DNA of 64,000 nucleotides from a virus (Duplodnaviria; Heunggongvirae; Uroviricota; Caudoviricetes): IMG/VR virus record IMGVR_UViG_3300013132_000019; one strand, 5' to 3'. Shown piece by piece: positions 33,099 to 43,121 of this stretch (position 1 is its first letter; each line of letters starts with the position of its first letter). The notes under the pieces were generated by a model. It saw only the letters and a program-made list of their open reading frames with translations, ran no database searches and was not told where the DNA came from. The position numbers and the translations under genes were made by a program.

Positions 33099-34871
33099 TT
33101 ATAATATTGTTTTGTATTTATACATTTCCAATAGTTTCTTAGCCTCAGTTTTGAGGTACATTATTGGAATTCTTGTCATAGTTTCTTTTTCTTTGTCCCA
33201 ATACCCAATCCATATATGTCTACACTTCCTACCAGTCTCAAGTTCATACATATAAGCGTATGTACTTAATTGTAATGTATAAACCGACCATTGACAATTC
33301 TGTAAGTGGTCAAAAGGTTTTAACAGCGTCTCAAAACCATATGGGTTCCAGAAATTAAAGACCTTATTTGTGTTATGTGTTACTGAAAAAGTGTGACCAT
33401 ATAAGAAGGTGCTGGTGAGGCTATCTACTTCTATACATCTAGTTGGTACGCTGTCAACTTTATTAACCGATAAAATATTCTTGAACCCCGAATGATTTCT
33501 ATTTGGGTACTCAACCTCAGTTTGATTTCTGACTAAGAATGGGTTAATATTTTCGGTGGTGAAACTTAGGTCAGTGACCTCAAATTCTTTACCATTTAAT
33601 TTTTTAGTCAATCGTATCGTAGTTATTTTAATACCTAAACTAGACGCTAATTTAGTGAAAGCCTCAACTTGCCAGTCTCTGGTTGTACTCATGACAAACC
33701 TCTTCCTGTTTGGGTGGTAATAACCATCCGCGTCCATGAAACCCCTTAATAAATCTAGTCTCTGTTCGTAAGAGGAATGTAAATATACATCTGGGATATG
33801 TTTATTTTTAAGTAAACCCAATTCCCTTAATTTTGACATCATACCAAATACTGTTCTAGTTTGGGCTTTGCCAGCCCCGCCCTGACTAACATCGTCACCT
33901 AAAGCATAACCTCTATCTTCAATTTCCCCCCATACTTTATCGTGCATATTAGTAATCTTACTATCTACCGAATGACCATCACCCAACCATACTCCTAAAA
34001 CATATGGGTCAATAGGTAGGTTCAACGCAAAATTCAGTATAGGTTTAGCCATTCTAACTTTAGGTATTTTATGACTCCACTTCTTACCAGATTCATTTAA
34101 CGCATTCAGATAATCAAATAATTCTTTAGTAGTCATCACGACATCTCTAAATTTCTTATTCCTATAGAATGATATTAACCATCGATGGTCTTCGTCAGCT
34201 ATAACATATTCGTTATTATCAAAGTTAATCCCATAACAGGGTACATTTTTAATTTCAGATGTATGCAAAACCTTTACCATATTACCATCCATGTCGTATA
34301 CCATATCGGATGTGGTAATGGTACCCATAGTCTTCCAGCCAGAATCGGTAAATATTGGTGTATTGACATCCAACCCCTTCCAATCGCCTATATCGAAGAA
34401 AGTATCATCAATATCAATAACCAAATCCGCAGTACCAGCAAGGTTATATTCTTCGGCAAACATTATACGTTCTGGATACATCATTATACCCTCATCAACC
34501 TCTAAACTCTCATAACCCTCAATCACCTTTTTTTGTAATTCATCTTCTGGATACCAAAGTTTATGTTTTAAAAGGTATGTTTCAATTGTTTCATGAACAT
34601 GAGTGCCGTATTCGTTTGCCGTATCATTAAGTTCTTGCCAATAATCCAATATTTGGTCAACATCCATCCCGATATATTTGGGGTTTTTGGCTTCATCTTT
34701 CTGTCTATATATTGCCTCAGCAACGCCTTGACTATCAAAATGCGGTTCGACCATCTGTAGTACTGTTGTAACAGATTTATACTTCACATTGGTGTCACGA
34801 TGTATATATACGTGTTTGACAGGTTCCAAATCGACTTTAGGTCTATCATCTATTTTAATATTCATATTCAT
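33099..34871 (-). CDS. PD-(D/E)xK exonuclease (RecB-like) interrupted by an intein
   Basis: YGTHVHE, PERIMF, AGTADL, spliced DWK|TNK, YTLQLSTYAYM; start moved to MNMNIK. Confidence 0.85.
   Translation of the reverse strand: MNMNIKIDDRPKVDLEPVKHVYIHRDTNVKYKSVTTVLQMVEPHFDSQGVAEAIYRQKDEAKNPKYIGMDVDQILDYWQELNDTANEYGTHVHETIETYLLKHKLWYPEDELQKKVIEGYESLEVDEGIMMYPERIMFAEEYNLAGTADLVIDIDDTFFDIGDWKGLDVNTPIFTDSGWKTMGTITTSDMVYDMDGNMVKVLHTSEIKNVPCYGINFDNNEYVIADEDHRWLISFYRNKKFRDVVMTTKELFDYLNALNESGKKWSHKIPKVRMAKPILNFALNLPIDPYVLGVWLGDGHSVDSKITNMHDKVWGEIEDRGYALGDDVSQGGAGKAQTRTVFGMMSKLRELGLLKNKHIPDVYLHSSYEQRLDLLRGFMDADGYYHPNRKRFVMSTTRDWQVEAFTKLASSLGIKITTIRLTKKLNGKEFEVTDLSFTTENINPFLVRNQTEVEYPNRNHSGFKNILSVNKVDSVPTRCIEVDSLTSTFLYGHTFSVTHNTNKVFNFWNPYGFETLLKPFDHLQNCQWSVYTLQLSTYAYMYELETGRKCRHIWIGYWDKEKETMTRIPIMYLKTEAKKLLEMYKYKTIL
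33372..34376 (-). mobile_element. Class 3-type intein (335 aa) with LAGLIDADG homing endonuclease
   Basis: Starts GLDVNTP (no N-terminal nucleophile); block B DHRW, block F TRCIEV, block G VTHN then Thr+1; LGVWLGDG and LRGFMDADG motifs. Confidence 0.85.
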
Positions 34872-34920
34872 GCAACAAATATACAATAACTTAATCAATG
34901 TTACAACTATTTATATTTAA

Positions 34921-35586
34921 ATGGAAGATTTTGATAGAGTAGAATATTACGTTGAATATTATCGTAACTTAAGTCCTAGAGAGTTTGGGGTCGAGAGGGA
35001 TGGTGATAAGGTTGTAATATCTAATATCAAAAAAAGAAAACCTTTAAACGAGATGGAACTACCTAAATTCAGCATGGTTCAGCCAATTGAAATTTCTGAT
35101 GATGATAAAAAATCGTTGCGAGATTTACCAATAGATAAAATTGATTTTGAACCGTTAAATTCAACTTCACCAATAAACTTTAAAGTCATTATAGACGGTT
35201 TTAGTGGTATAACTAAAGGTATTGCCTTTGATATTCAAGAGACAAAGAACGAGTTATATCAACCACACATAGCTATTAGTGATAAGTTACGTGGTTTGGG
35301 TTTAGGTTATAAATTATATAAGCGTTTTATCGATATTTATGGTCATCTTTATAGTAGCCCTAGTAGACGCCAAAATGATAAAGAAATACCTAAAATATGG
35401 TCAAAATTAAAAACTGAACCTAATATTGAGTGCTTCTCTAATGATTTGGGTGATTTATGTATGTCTAAAGATGTTTCAGACGAAAACAAAGTTGAATTAT
35501 TATCTAATATGGGTATTATGAGTGAGGGTCGTAAAAGGATTAAAGCTACGCTTAACGAAAATCTCAATAGATTCTACTCTCACTAG
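34921..35586 (+). CDS. Hypothetical protein with GNAT-like motif
   Basis: PHIAISDKLRGLGLGYKLY resembles acetyl-CoA-binding motif A. Confidence 0.55.
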   Translation: MEDFDRVEYYVEYYRNLSPREFGVERDGDKVVISNIKKRKPLNEMELPKFSMVQPIEISDDDKKSLRDLPIDKIDFEPLNSTSPINFKVIIDGFSGITKGIAFDIQETKNELYQPHIAISDKLRGLGLGYKLYKRFIDIYGHLYSSPSRRQNDKEIPKIWSKLKTEPNIECFSNDLGDLCMSKDVSDENKVELLSNMGIMSEGRKRIKATLNENLNRFYSH

Positions 35587-36535
35587 GTATATAGCTATTC
35601 TCAATTAACATTTTTATACCTTTAGCCCCTAAATTCTGATATATCGTACTTGGGTCATGTCCATCTGGAGGTATATTCATTTTAATTCTACCGTATAACT
35701 TACCAATATTTAACTTCTTATAAATATTAATAGCGTCTTCAACAGCATCAGAATCTAATAATATTACGATATAACCATTCGCTTTTTGTAGTTCAACCCA
35801 TAACTTATCTGACACATATTTACCCAACAGTGGTATTGAATTTGGTATTACAATATGGTCAAATGTACCTTCTACCAAATAAATAGTACTATTAAAATTT
35901 AGTTTACCATGATTGAAAATTATAGATTGCTTGTCAACGTCAGGATTTAAATATTTTGGTTTAACTTTAGAATCAAATGACCTAGTGACAAAATAATTCA
36001 AATCACCAAATTCATCATACGATGGTATTATAATCCTGTTATTGTATTTACCTACTGTGGTATATCCAATATCGTAGTGTTTTATTATATTATCGGTAAC
36101 ACCCCTTTTTTTAAGATAATTGATTACCTTATCATACAGGTAGTCTTTGGTGGTGCATTTTGATAATTTCTTATAACCCTCTGGTAATTTTAATACCTCT
36201 TCATTTTTATGAGTAACGATTTCCTCATCAAAATCCAGTGATGGTAATAGTAATTTATAGTCTTCTAAATCTTTCTTACTACCATAAGTTTTAATTAGTT
36301 TAAATAGGTTACCGTGTGTGTTGTTGTAACCAGAACAAGCCCAGCATCTATAAACGTTTTTCTTATAATTTACCTCTAGATTACCCTTACCATCACCTTG
36401 TTGCATACCCTTTTCTTCAGAACAAGTGGGACAGTCAAAAGCAATCTGACCAGCCCCGTGATTATGTTTACGGGGGTTGCCAAGCACTGACTCTAATATT
36501 TGCGTAACGGAATAAACCATAACGCAAATATACAA
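35564..36535 (-). CDS. dnaG: DNA primase (Zn ribbon + TOPRIM)
   Basis: CPTC...CWAC zinc finger, NRIIIP, KYLNP, LVEGTFD, LLDSD; true start probably MVYSV near 36518. Confidence 0.85.
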   Translation of the reverse strand: MYICVMVYSVTQILESVLGNPRKHNHGAGQIAFDCPTCSEEKGMQQGDGKGNLEVNYKKNVYRCWACSGYNNTHGNLFKLIKTYGSKKDLEDYKLLLPSLDFDEEIVTHKNEEVLKLPEGYKKLSKCTTKDYLYDKVINYLKKRGVTDNIIKHYDIGYTTVGKYNNRIIIPSYDEFGDLNYFVTRSFDSKVKPKYLNPDVDKQSIIFNHGKLNFNSTIYLVEGTFDHIVIPNSIPLLGKYVSDKLWVELQKANGYIVILLDSDAVEDAINIYKKLNIGKLYGRIKMNIPPDGHDPSTIYQNLGAKGIKMLIENSYIPSESRIY

Positions 36536-36542
36536 AAAATAA

Positions 36543-36872
36543 TTACATTAACGAATCGATTTTAGCTGCTAAGACATTTTTAGGTACCATACCAACTTGA
36601 ATGTCTTTAACCTCACCATCCTTAAAAAATAGAATTGTTGGTATATTTCTAATACCATATTTCATCGGTGTTAGTGCGTTGGATTCCACATTCATTTTAC
36701 CAATCACAGCTGTTTCCTCATAATCCTTTGCCAATTCATCGACAATTGGTCCAAGTATCTTACAAGGACCGCACCATGATGCAAAAAAATCAACCATTAC
36801 AGGTTTATCACTTTTTAACACTAACTCTTCAAAGTTTTCGTCTTTTATTTCTATTGCCATTATATTTTCCAT
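36543..36872 (-). CDS. trxA: Thioredoxin
   Basis: DFFASWCGPCK, IRNIPT. Confidence 0.95.
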   Translation of the reverse strand: MENIMAIEIKDENFEELVLKSDKPVMVDFFASWCGPCKILGPIVDELAKDYEETAVIGKMNVESNALTPMKYGIRNIPTILFFKDGEVKDIQVGMVPKNVLAAKIDSLM

Positions 36873-37504
36873 TTACCAGTTTTATTCATGTAGCCTCTCA
36901 CCGAACAGAAGGCGTCAGCCATATCATAGTTCTCCTTTTTCAACATTTGTTTTTTATCATACAGCCAAACAACTTTCGGTTCCAATTCAGCCACTTTTTC
37001 CCAAATTACACTTTTCTTATCAACATCATACGGATAATCACCGAATAGTACTGGATTACTTTTTTTAATCGCTTGTTCGGTTAAAGGTTCACCATTTTTC
37101 TTAAACTTACGTTTTTGTAATAATTCTGGAAACCCATAAGCTCTTGAGTCGTATGATGAGATAAATTCTGGCACAACACCTAAAGTTTCATAAACAGAAC
37201 GACATATCATACCATTAAATCTTAATAGTGTTGAAACAGTATATACGTTATTCGACCTTAACAGTGGTTCTTCAATAATAACTCGACTAATACCAATATC
37301 GGCATACTTATTTAAGAATTCATCTTCAAACATATTTGCTTTATCACAAAGTTCCTGAAGTTTTGACTTTGGTGTTGGTTTAACTTTAGGTGCTACATGG
37401 TGTAGTAATTTCAACTCACCTCTATCACCTAAATCCTCAAATAGTGCGATACCAATTGTTTTGGTACTGATATCTAATCCGAGCACATAATTACTTTCTT
37501 CCAT
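36860..37504 (-). CDS. RuvC-like Holliday junction resolvase
   Basis: LGLDISTKTIG, IIEEP, YDMADAF. Confidence 0.75.
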   Translation of the reverse strand: MEESNYVLGLDISTKTIGIALFEDLGDRGELKLLHHVAPKVKPTPKSKLQELCDKANMFEDEFLNKYADIGISRVIIEEPLLRSNNVYTVSTLLRFNGMICRSVYETLGVVPEFISSYDSRAYGFPELLQKRKFKKNGEPLTEQAIKKSNPVLFGDYPYDVDKKSVIWEKVAELEPKVVWLYDKKQMLKKENYDMADAFCSVRGYMNKTGKWKI

Positions 37505-37551
37505 TATATCGTTTTTTTTTTAATTATAATGGGGTTTAAGTTAATGTAAAG

Positions 37552-38748
37552 TTAAACTGATATTCTTACAGCAAGTACTTTAAGTTCATTTACAGTTTTA
37601 GTTATGTGTTGGTTAGTTTTACCGTAGGCAATAAGATTATTTGCCGCATCATATAAACCGATTTCAGATACTCTAGGAACATCACCCTTTGTGAACGTTC
37701 TATTATTTGAACTTCCAAATTCACCTTTACCAGCAATACAGATTATTTCTTGATTTACCACAGTGGCTACACTATTAAACGTGCATGTGGATGCACTGGC
37801 ATTTGACGCTGTAAAATCGTTAACTATTGTTGGGTCTGTTATAACAACGAAACCTTTATCCAAAAATGCAATACCAACGGCTGTATCGGCAGTGTAACCA
37901 AGCGATGAGTTAGTTCTTAGATTATATCTTTCTTTACCATTGGCCGAGAACGGTTTAATTGTTCCGTAACCAGTTGCCCATGATTTTGAAGCATCACCGT
38001 TAGGTTTTTTAATTTGGTCTGAGAACATGAACGCATAGTTCGGGTTGAAGTATGTTGTTTGTTCTGATGTTTCAACGTATTGATTATCATCAGCGCTGGC
38101 TGATGTCGTTTTTCTTTGGAAAGTGCTATATAAACTATACGTACCACCAGTTGTGCCAGATATTGTCAATCTAATTGATTTACCATCTAATAAGTCACCG
38201 TATTGGTCGTTTGGTACCCCAATCACCAATATTCTATCTGTGGCAAAGCCACTTAATGCTGTGTCAGCCCAACCCCCACGATTAAACGTTGTTCCAGTAT
38301 ACCTTAGTTTCTCAGAATTACTTATTGGTAAATTGAAGGTGTTATATAAATTCACTAAACTGTCAGTTGTTCCAGCTGATAGATAAATGGTATCATGTGA
38401 AAGGCTGGTTCCAGTTACTGTTGTTGTACCTATACTTTCATTTGAGACAACCAATCTAGAAGAGTTGGCTTCAACATTTTTATATGGGTTTGAGCCTAAT
38501 AAAAATAGATTACTCTTAATCCCAGTATTCTGTGCAACACCGTTATTTGTCACACCGCTTGAACTGGTAAGGTCACCACCATAACCAGGTACTTCACCTG
38601 TACTTAAAGTTAGTGTTGCATTGTAATTCGCATCTGAATCACCTAATGAAAATTTAGTGATTAGATTATTAGTGCTAGTTATTAACCTTTGTCTACCCAA
38701 AGGTGTGAATTTAGCGGTTAATACTGTTGTTGAATTATTGAATCCCAT
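37552..38748 (-). CDS. Virion structural protein (tail/baseplate region)
   Basis: S/T/G-rich; ends VSEIGLYD..LIAYGK..I.K, the same motif as the neighbour. Confidence 0.7.
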   Translation of the reverse strand: MGFNNSTTVLTAKFTPLGRQRLITSTNNLITKFSLGDSDANYNATLTLSTGEVPGYGGDLTSSSGVTNNGVAQNTGIKSNLFLLGSNPYKNVEANSSRLVVSNESIGTTTVTGTSLSHDTIYLSAGTTDSLVNLYNTFNLPISNSEKLRYTGTTFNRGGWADTALSGFATDRILVIGVPNDQYGDLLDGKSIRLTISGTTGGTYSLYSTFQRKTTSASADDNQYVETSEQTTYFNPNYAFMFSDQIKKPNGDASKSWATGYGTIKPFSANGKERYNLRTNSSLGYTADTAVGIAFLDKGFVVITDPTIVNDFTASNASASTCTFNSVATVVNQEIICIAGKGEFGSSNNRTFTKGDVPRVSEIGLYDAANNLIAYGKTNQHITKTVNELKVLAVRISV

Positions 38749-40884
38749 TTAAAAATCGATTGAAAGTTCAAGTGTTATTACGTCTGAGTCTGTTAATAAG
38801 ACTGGTTTACTTAATTTACCGACAACAACCAATTCCCTGTTTGAATCGTATACACCAACTTCACTAACCCTTATATCAGGTTGATTAGGGTCGGTTGTTC
38901 TAGTTGGATTACTGGTAAAATTAAATTGATTGGCATCTACCGTAACTCTGAATATTGTTTTGTATATTGTTGCACCTATGAATGTATTAAGATTACCATA
39001 AAAGAATCTTTCATCACCAAACTGTAATCCAGATGAATTTGAATTCAGTGGTAGATTCAACGTATTGATTATATTAAAATATTGTGTGCTACCAGTCGCA
39101 ACGTTCTGGTCAATCAAGAAACCGTTCGTTGTTGGATTTTGATTTTCCAAAGCAACAGGGTCAATTGTTTCACCAGCATTGGTTGTTATAGCTGTTGATG
39201 TAAAATCATACACATTCCATTGGTTTGTTAATGGTCTATCTTCTGGATTCTCAACAATTTGCCATAATACTTTAAAGTTTCTAGCATAGAAACCTAAACC
39301 GTCATACGATGGGTCTTCAACCTTTCTCATATAAGGTAACAAATCAACCTCAGATATTCTGAATTCAACATCTTTAGATGTTGGTGTTGTATTTGTCATT
39401 TTGGTATAATATTGACAATTTATAGGTGTTGTTATACCTGTTGTTGTTGCACCACTTAAATCATTATCCAAAATATATGTAATATACATTGTTCTATCTG
39501 AAGGTAATGTACCGCCAGTTGATGACGATGCTGGTGCCTTTAGATTTGCAGCCAATGGTGGTAATGTCCAATTTCTATTCGCTTTATATGACATTGCCAT
39601 AACAATTTCATCATCATCAATAACAACCATTTTAAGTTGTGGGAATACTCTACCGACTTGTTGTGGTACACCAGATACTTTAGTTGGGTCTTCAATCAAA
39701 GGAACATATTCAATTTGACTATTAGGTACCAATTGTGTCGCACCACTTGCAATGAAACGCATACCCATTATTGTACCAGAACCAGTTGAATAATTTCTTC
39801 TGTGGTACATTATATCTGGCATATCTAATGTCAATGTTTTATTATTTGTTGTATCTATATAAAAGAATTCACCATAAACATTTGACACCGTATTATTTGT
39901 GTAATGTAGTATTGATATGGATTTTCTAACGGTATCTAAAACTGATTGACCTGGTACTTCACAAAGAATATCATTTAACGTTGGGTCTTCTTCACAATCA
40001 TACCAGAAATATGGATATTTTTGACCTAAATAATCAAATGAACCAAAATCCCAATAGTGTTCATAAGTCGTTCCAGAGTCAAAACCAGCAGGGTCTTCAC
40101 ACCAAACGTTATTCATATTCCAAATAGGCACATCACTACATGACACACCACAGCAACTATCAAAACTTAGTGTACCATTATCCCAATATGGCGCAGTATT
40201 GCTACCATAAATATCCCAAACTTGGCCACTTGGATAAACAATTACCTGTGTTGTACCACAGTCACCGCTTAGGTTTGGTAAATCTCTATCAACAACAATA
40301 TCACTTGCTGTTGCACCAGTTCCTGTGATTTGAAACCAAAGATTTGGCATTGGTAATGTATTTGCAAAATTGGTTTGACCAGTTAAGGTACAATTACCAA
40401 CTTTCATTAAAATCAAATCACCGATACTGAATGTTAGACCAGTAATATTAACTGAAGTACCACCAGTTAATGATGTGTTATTAATTACTTGCGAACTTAC
40501 AATGTATGTTGAGCTACTTAATGTTGTGAAAGTTCCACCACTATTATTGAAAAACCCTCTTTCATCAGCTTGATTATTAACAACAGCTTTAACAACCTCA
40601 ATATTAGCGCCTTGCATAGCATTAAGATTTGTCTGGTTATCCTTAGTGATAAAGTATTTAAAATTAGGTTGTCTATCTTTTGGTCTTAAAATCCTTGCTG
40701 GGTCTGTAACATTTGAATAAATCCCAGACTGATTATCATATAATTCTTCCCTAACATAGTTGATTTCAGAATCTCCGATTGCCCAATAAGAAAAGTTTAA
40801 ATTACCAGATGCTAATTTTTCACGACCAGTTTCTGTCAGTTTAATACTAACAAACGGTGATGTGTTATTGATTATATAGCTCAT
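38749..40884 (-). CDS. Virion structural protein
   Basis: KLTETGRE..LA N-terminus, VSEVGVYD..LVVVGKLSKP C-terminus; paralog-like to 37552-38748. Confidence 0.7.
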   Translation of the reverse strand: MSYIINNTSPFVSIKLTETGREKLASGNLNFSYWAIGDSEINYVREELYDNQSGIYSNVTDPARILRPKDRQPNFKYFITKDNQTNLNAMQGANIEVVKAVVNNQADERGFFNNSGGTFTTLSSSTYIVSSQVINNTSLTGGTSVNITGLTFSIGDLILMKVGNCTLTGQTNFANTLPMPNLWFQITGTGATASDIVVDRDLPNLSGDCGTTQVIVYPSGQVWDIYGSNTAPYWDNGTLSFDSCCGVSCSDVPIWNMNNVWCEDPAGFDSGTTYEHYWDFGSFDYLGQKYPYFWYDCEEDPTLNDILCEVPGQSVLDTVRKSISILHYTNNTVSNVYGEFFYIDTTNNKTLTLDMPDIMYHRRNYSTGSGTIMGMRFIASGATQLVPNSQIEYVPLIEDPTKVSGVPQQVGRVFPQLKMVVIDDDEIVMAMSYKANRNWTLPPLAANLKAPASSSTGGTLPSDRTMYITYILDNDLSGATTTGITTPINCQYYTKMTNTTPTSKDVEFRISEVDLLPYMRKVEDPSYDGLGFYARNFKVLWQIVENPEDRPLTNQWNVYDFTSTAITTNAGETIDPVALENQNPTTNGFLIDQNVATGSTQYFNIINTLNLPLNSNSSGLQFGDERFFYGNLNTFIGATIYKTIFRVTVDANQFNFTSNPTRTTDPNQPDIRVSEVGVYDSNRELVVVGKLSKPVLLTDSDVITLELSIDF

Positions 40885-40934
40885 TTCTTTTTATTTTATA
40901 GTTTATTTATAAATAGTCATTTGTCAATAATTCA

Positions 40935-42872
40935 TCAATAGGAATTAATTGAATTGTATCTAATTGTTATAGGTATCGTTTCACTGTACGCTTCGCTTAT
41001 TATTTTATCACCACACATGGTTCGATATTCCTTAGTATTCTTCACTCGATAATACTGTACAGTATTAACATCACCACTGAATGTTACATAGCTTGAATAA
41101 TTATGTTGATTTGTAACATAATCAGTTGTCGCGCTTTGCGTTATGGCACTAAACGATTTAAAATTGGCAACCTCCAATGTGAAGAATCCGTTAGATTCTT
41201 GTGGAGCGTTATCAATCGTCCAATTAATTTGGTGGGTTGCTGTATAAATATCGTCTGATACATTTGCCAATGAATTATAATAGATGTTTATTACATCACC
41301 AGAAAATATAGCACCTTGTAATATTATTCTATTATCAACTGACGTTGACCTATAATAATCAATGTTATTGGCCAATGTAGCACCATTTATTGTTACGTAT
41401 ATGTCATTTCCTGTTGCTGGTGGAAGTTCGGTATATAATTCGTATTTACCCGTTGTCGTATTATAATAAACGTTGTTATCACCTTGACCACCAGTGGCGC
41501 CAGATACTATTGGGAAATCAATATCAATAATTTCATACTTGAAGTTATTGGAATCGCCATTTTGTACAAAGGCGTATGTTAACACATCACCTGTCGTGGT
41601 ACCAGTAAATAATTCAAGAACCTTAACGGTTCGACCAGTTTGGTTGGTTGATGCCGATAACGTATAATCTAAGTCCTCATTTAAAACCTCACCATTAAGT
41701 GAAATTAATACATCACCATTTATGTCAGAACCAAGAACATATGTTGTACCAGTATTACAAATTGTTGTTGCTGTCGTTGCGCTTTGGCATGTAATATATT
41801 CACTTATTACCCTTAATGTACCCAATTGGGACGTAGTTGGTGCCGTTAAACTGATATTTGGTGTATCAGCTTTATAATTTGCGCTGAAATACCAATCTCT
41901 AAAACTAAGTCGATTATAATATCTATTATCACTACCGAACTTATAGTCTGAAGTATCTATTTGTTGACCCAATCGTTTACCATAATCAGTAAGAACATCA
42001 CCTAAAAAATAACCTTTAATCAAGTAATCGCCATCCAAATTCAAAGAACTATATGGTATTTTTTGATTTAAAATATAATCACCGCCCTTATCAATTGAGA
42101 AAGCATTTTTATCGAAATAACCAGCATTATATAGTACAGGTTTTCTAAAATTACCTGAAGCTGGGAAATATTTATAAACTTCGTATCTGAATTTTAAGTT
42201 TCTTGAGTTAGTAAAACCACTGAATTGTGAAGAAGAGAATTTAAACTCAAAGTCAAATTCGGTACCACCAGTAACTCTGTCTATAACATATACACCCGTT
42301 GAACCACTATCTAATACTGGATATGTAGCACTACCAATGCTAATACACGAGTTTGAGCATGTTCCACCTGTACAAAACGCACCATCATCGAAAAAATATA
42401 AATCAACACATAATGATACTGTTAGTCCACTTGCTCCATATGGTTTTCTTATATTGTATAATAAACTATCAGAATAATAATCATACCCCAAAGTTGAAAA
42501 GGTATTGTTAAGTGCATTACTTAAAGCTGTGTCTGTTGGTGTGTCACCGCTATAAGTGTTACCAGTCCAAAAACCAGTTCCACCAGTATAAACGGTCGTT
42601 CCATTTTCAGCTACATTAACTCTCCAAACCGAATAATCAAAACATGTTGCTGAAATTGTACACGCAGTGGTTGCTGCTGATAATATATTTGTGTAGGGCG
42701 TTCCGCTGAAATCAATTGAATTGTAAATACAATTACCTGTGGTTGTACCAGTTACCTCAAAAATTGGTGGTGTGAATATATCAATATCAGAACTACAAGA
42801 AACATTATATATTGATTTGTTTCTTATACATTCAATCGGTGAGCTAATATATGTCCTTTCTTGATATCTCAT
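40935..42872 (-). CDS. Virion structural protein
   Basis: S/T/G/N-rich 645 aa in the structural cluster. Confidence 0.65.
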   Translation of the reverse strand: MRYQERTYISSPIECIRNKSIYNVSCSSDIDIFTPPIFEVTGTTTGNCIYNSIDFSGTPYTNILSAATTACTISATCFDYSVWRVNVAENGTTVYTGGTGFWTGNTYSGDTPTDTALSNALNNTFSTLGYDYYSDSLLYNIRKPYGASGLTVSLCVDLYFFDDGAFCTGGTCSNSCISIGSATYPVLDSGSTGVYVIDRVTGGTEFDFEFKFSSSQFSGFTNSRNLKFRYEVYKYFPASGNFRKPVLYNAGYFDKNAFSIDKGGDYILNQKIPYSSLNLDGDYLIKGYFLGDVLTDYGKRLGQQIDTSDYKFGSDNRYYNRLSFRDWYFSANYKADTPNISLTAPTTSQLGTLRVISEYITCQSATTATTICNTGTTYVLGSDINGDVLISLNGEVLNEDLDYTLSASTNQTGRTVKVLELFTGTTTGDVLTYAFVQNGDSNNFKYEIIDIDFPIVSGATGGQGDNNVYYNTTTGKYELYTELPPATGNDIYVTINGATLANNIDYYRSTSVDNRIILQGAIFSGDVINIYYNSLANVSDDIYTATHQINWTIDNAPQESNGFFTLEVANFKSFSAITQSATTDYVTNQHNYSSYVTFSGDVNTVQYYRVKNTKEYRTMCGDKIISEAYSETIPITIRYNSINSY

Positions 42873-43117
42873 TAATATGACACTTCTAATTCTATTATCC
42901 TTCTATTTATATTTGTAAGTAGGCCAAAAGTTGTGTTTTTTGGTATATTTTCCAATGGTGCTTCAACCTTACTATAATCTTGTTGGTATACATAAAGTCT
43001 AAGTACGTTGAAATAATCACCTTCACCGAATTCACCTTCAAGACCTCTTATGTATCTTGTTTCAGCCGTTTCTGGGTCGTATATAACTCCAACTATATTT
43101 CTAACTAATTTTGGCAT
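42872..43117 (-). CDS. Hypothetical protein
   Basis: 81-aa coupled ORF. Confidence 0.6.
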   Translation of the reverse strand: MPKLVRNIVGVIYDPETAETRYIRGLEGEFGEGDYFNVLRLYVYQQDYSKVEAPLENIPKNTTFGLLTNINRRIIELEVSY

Positions 43118-43121
43118 TTTA

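Noticed and set aside
33099-34898. Calling the exonuclease Cas4
   Set aside because: The four-Cys Fe-S pattern is not evident and there is no CRISPR context. The track's MIKLLYICC start was also rejected because it overlaps a TATATTTG promoter box at 34876-34883.
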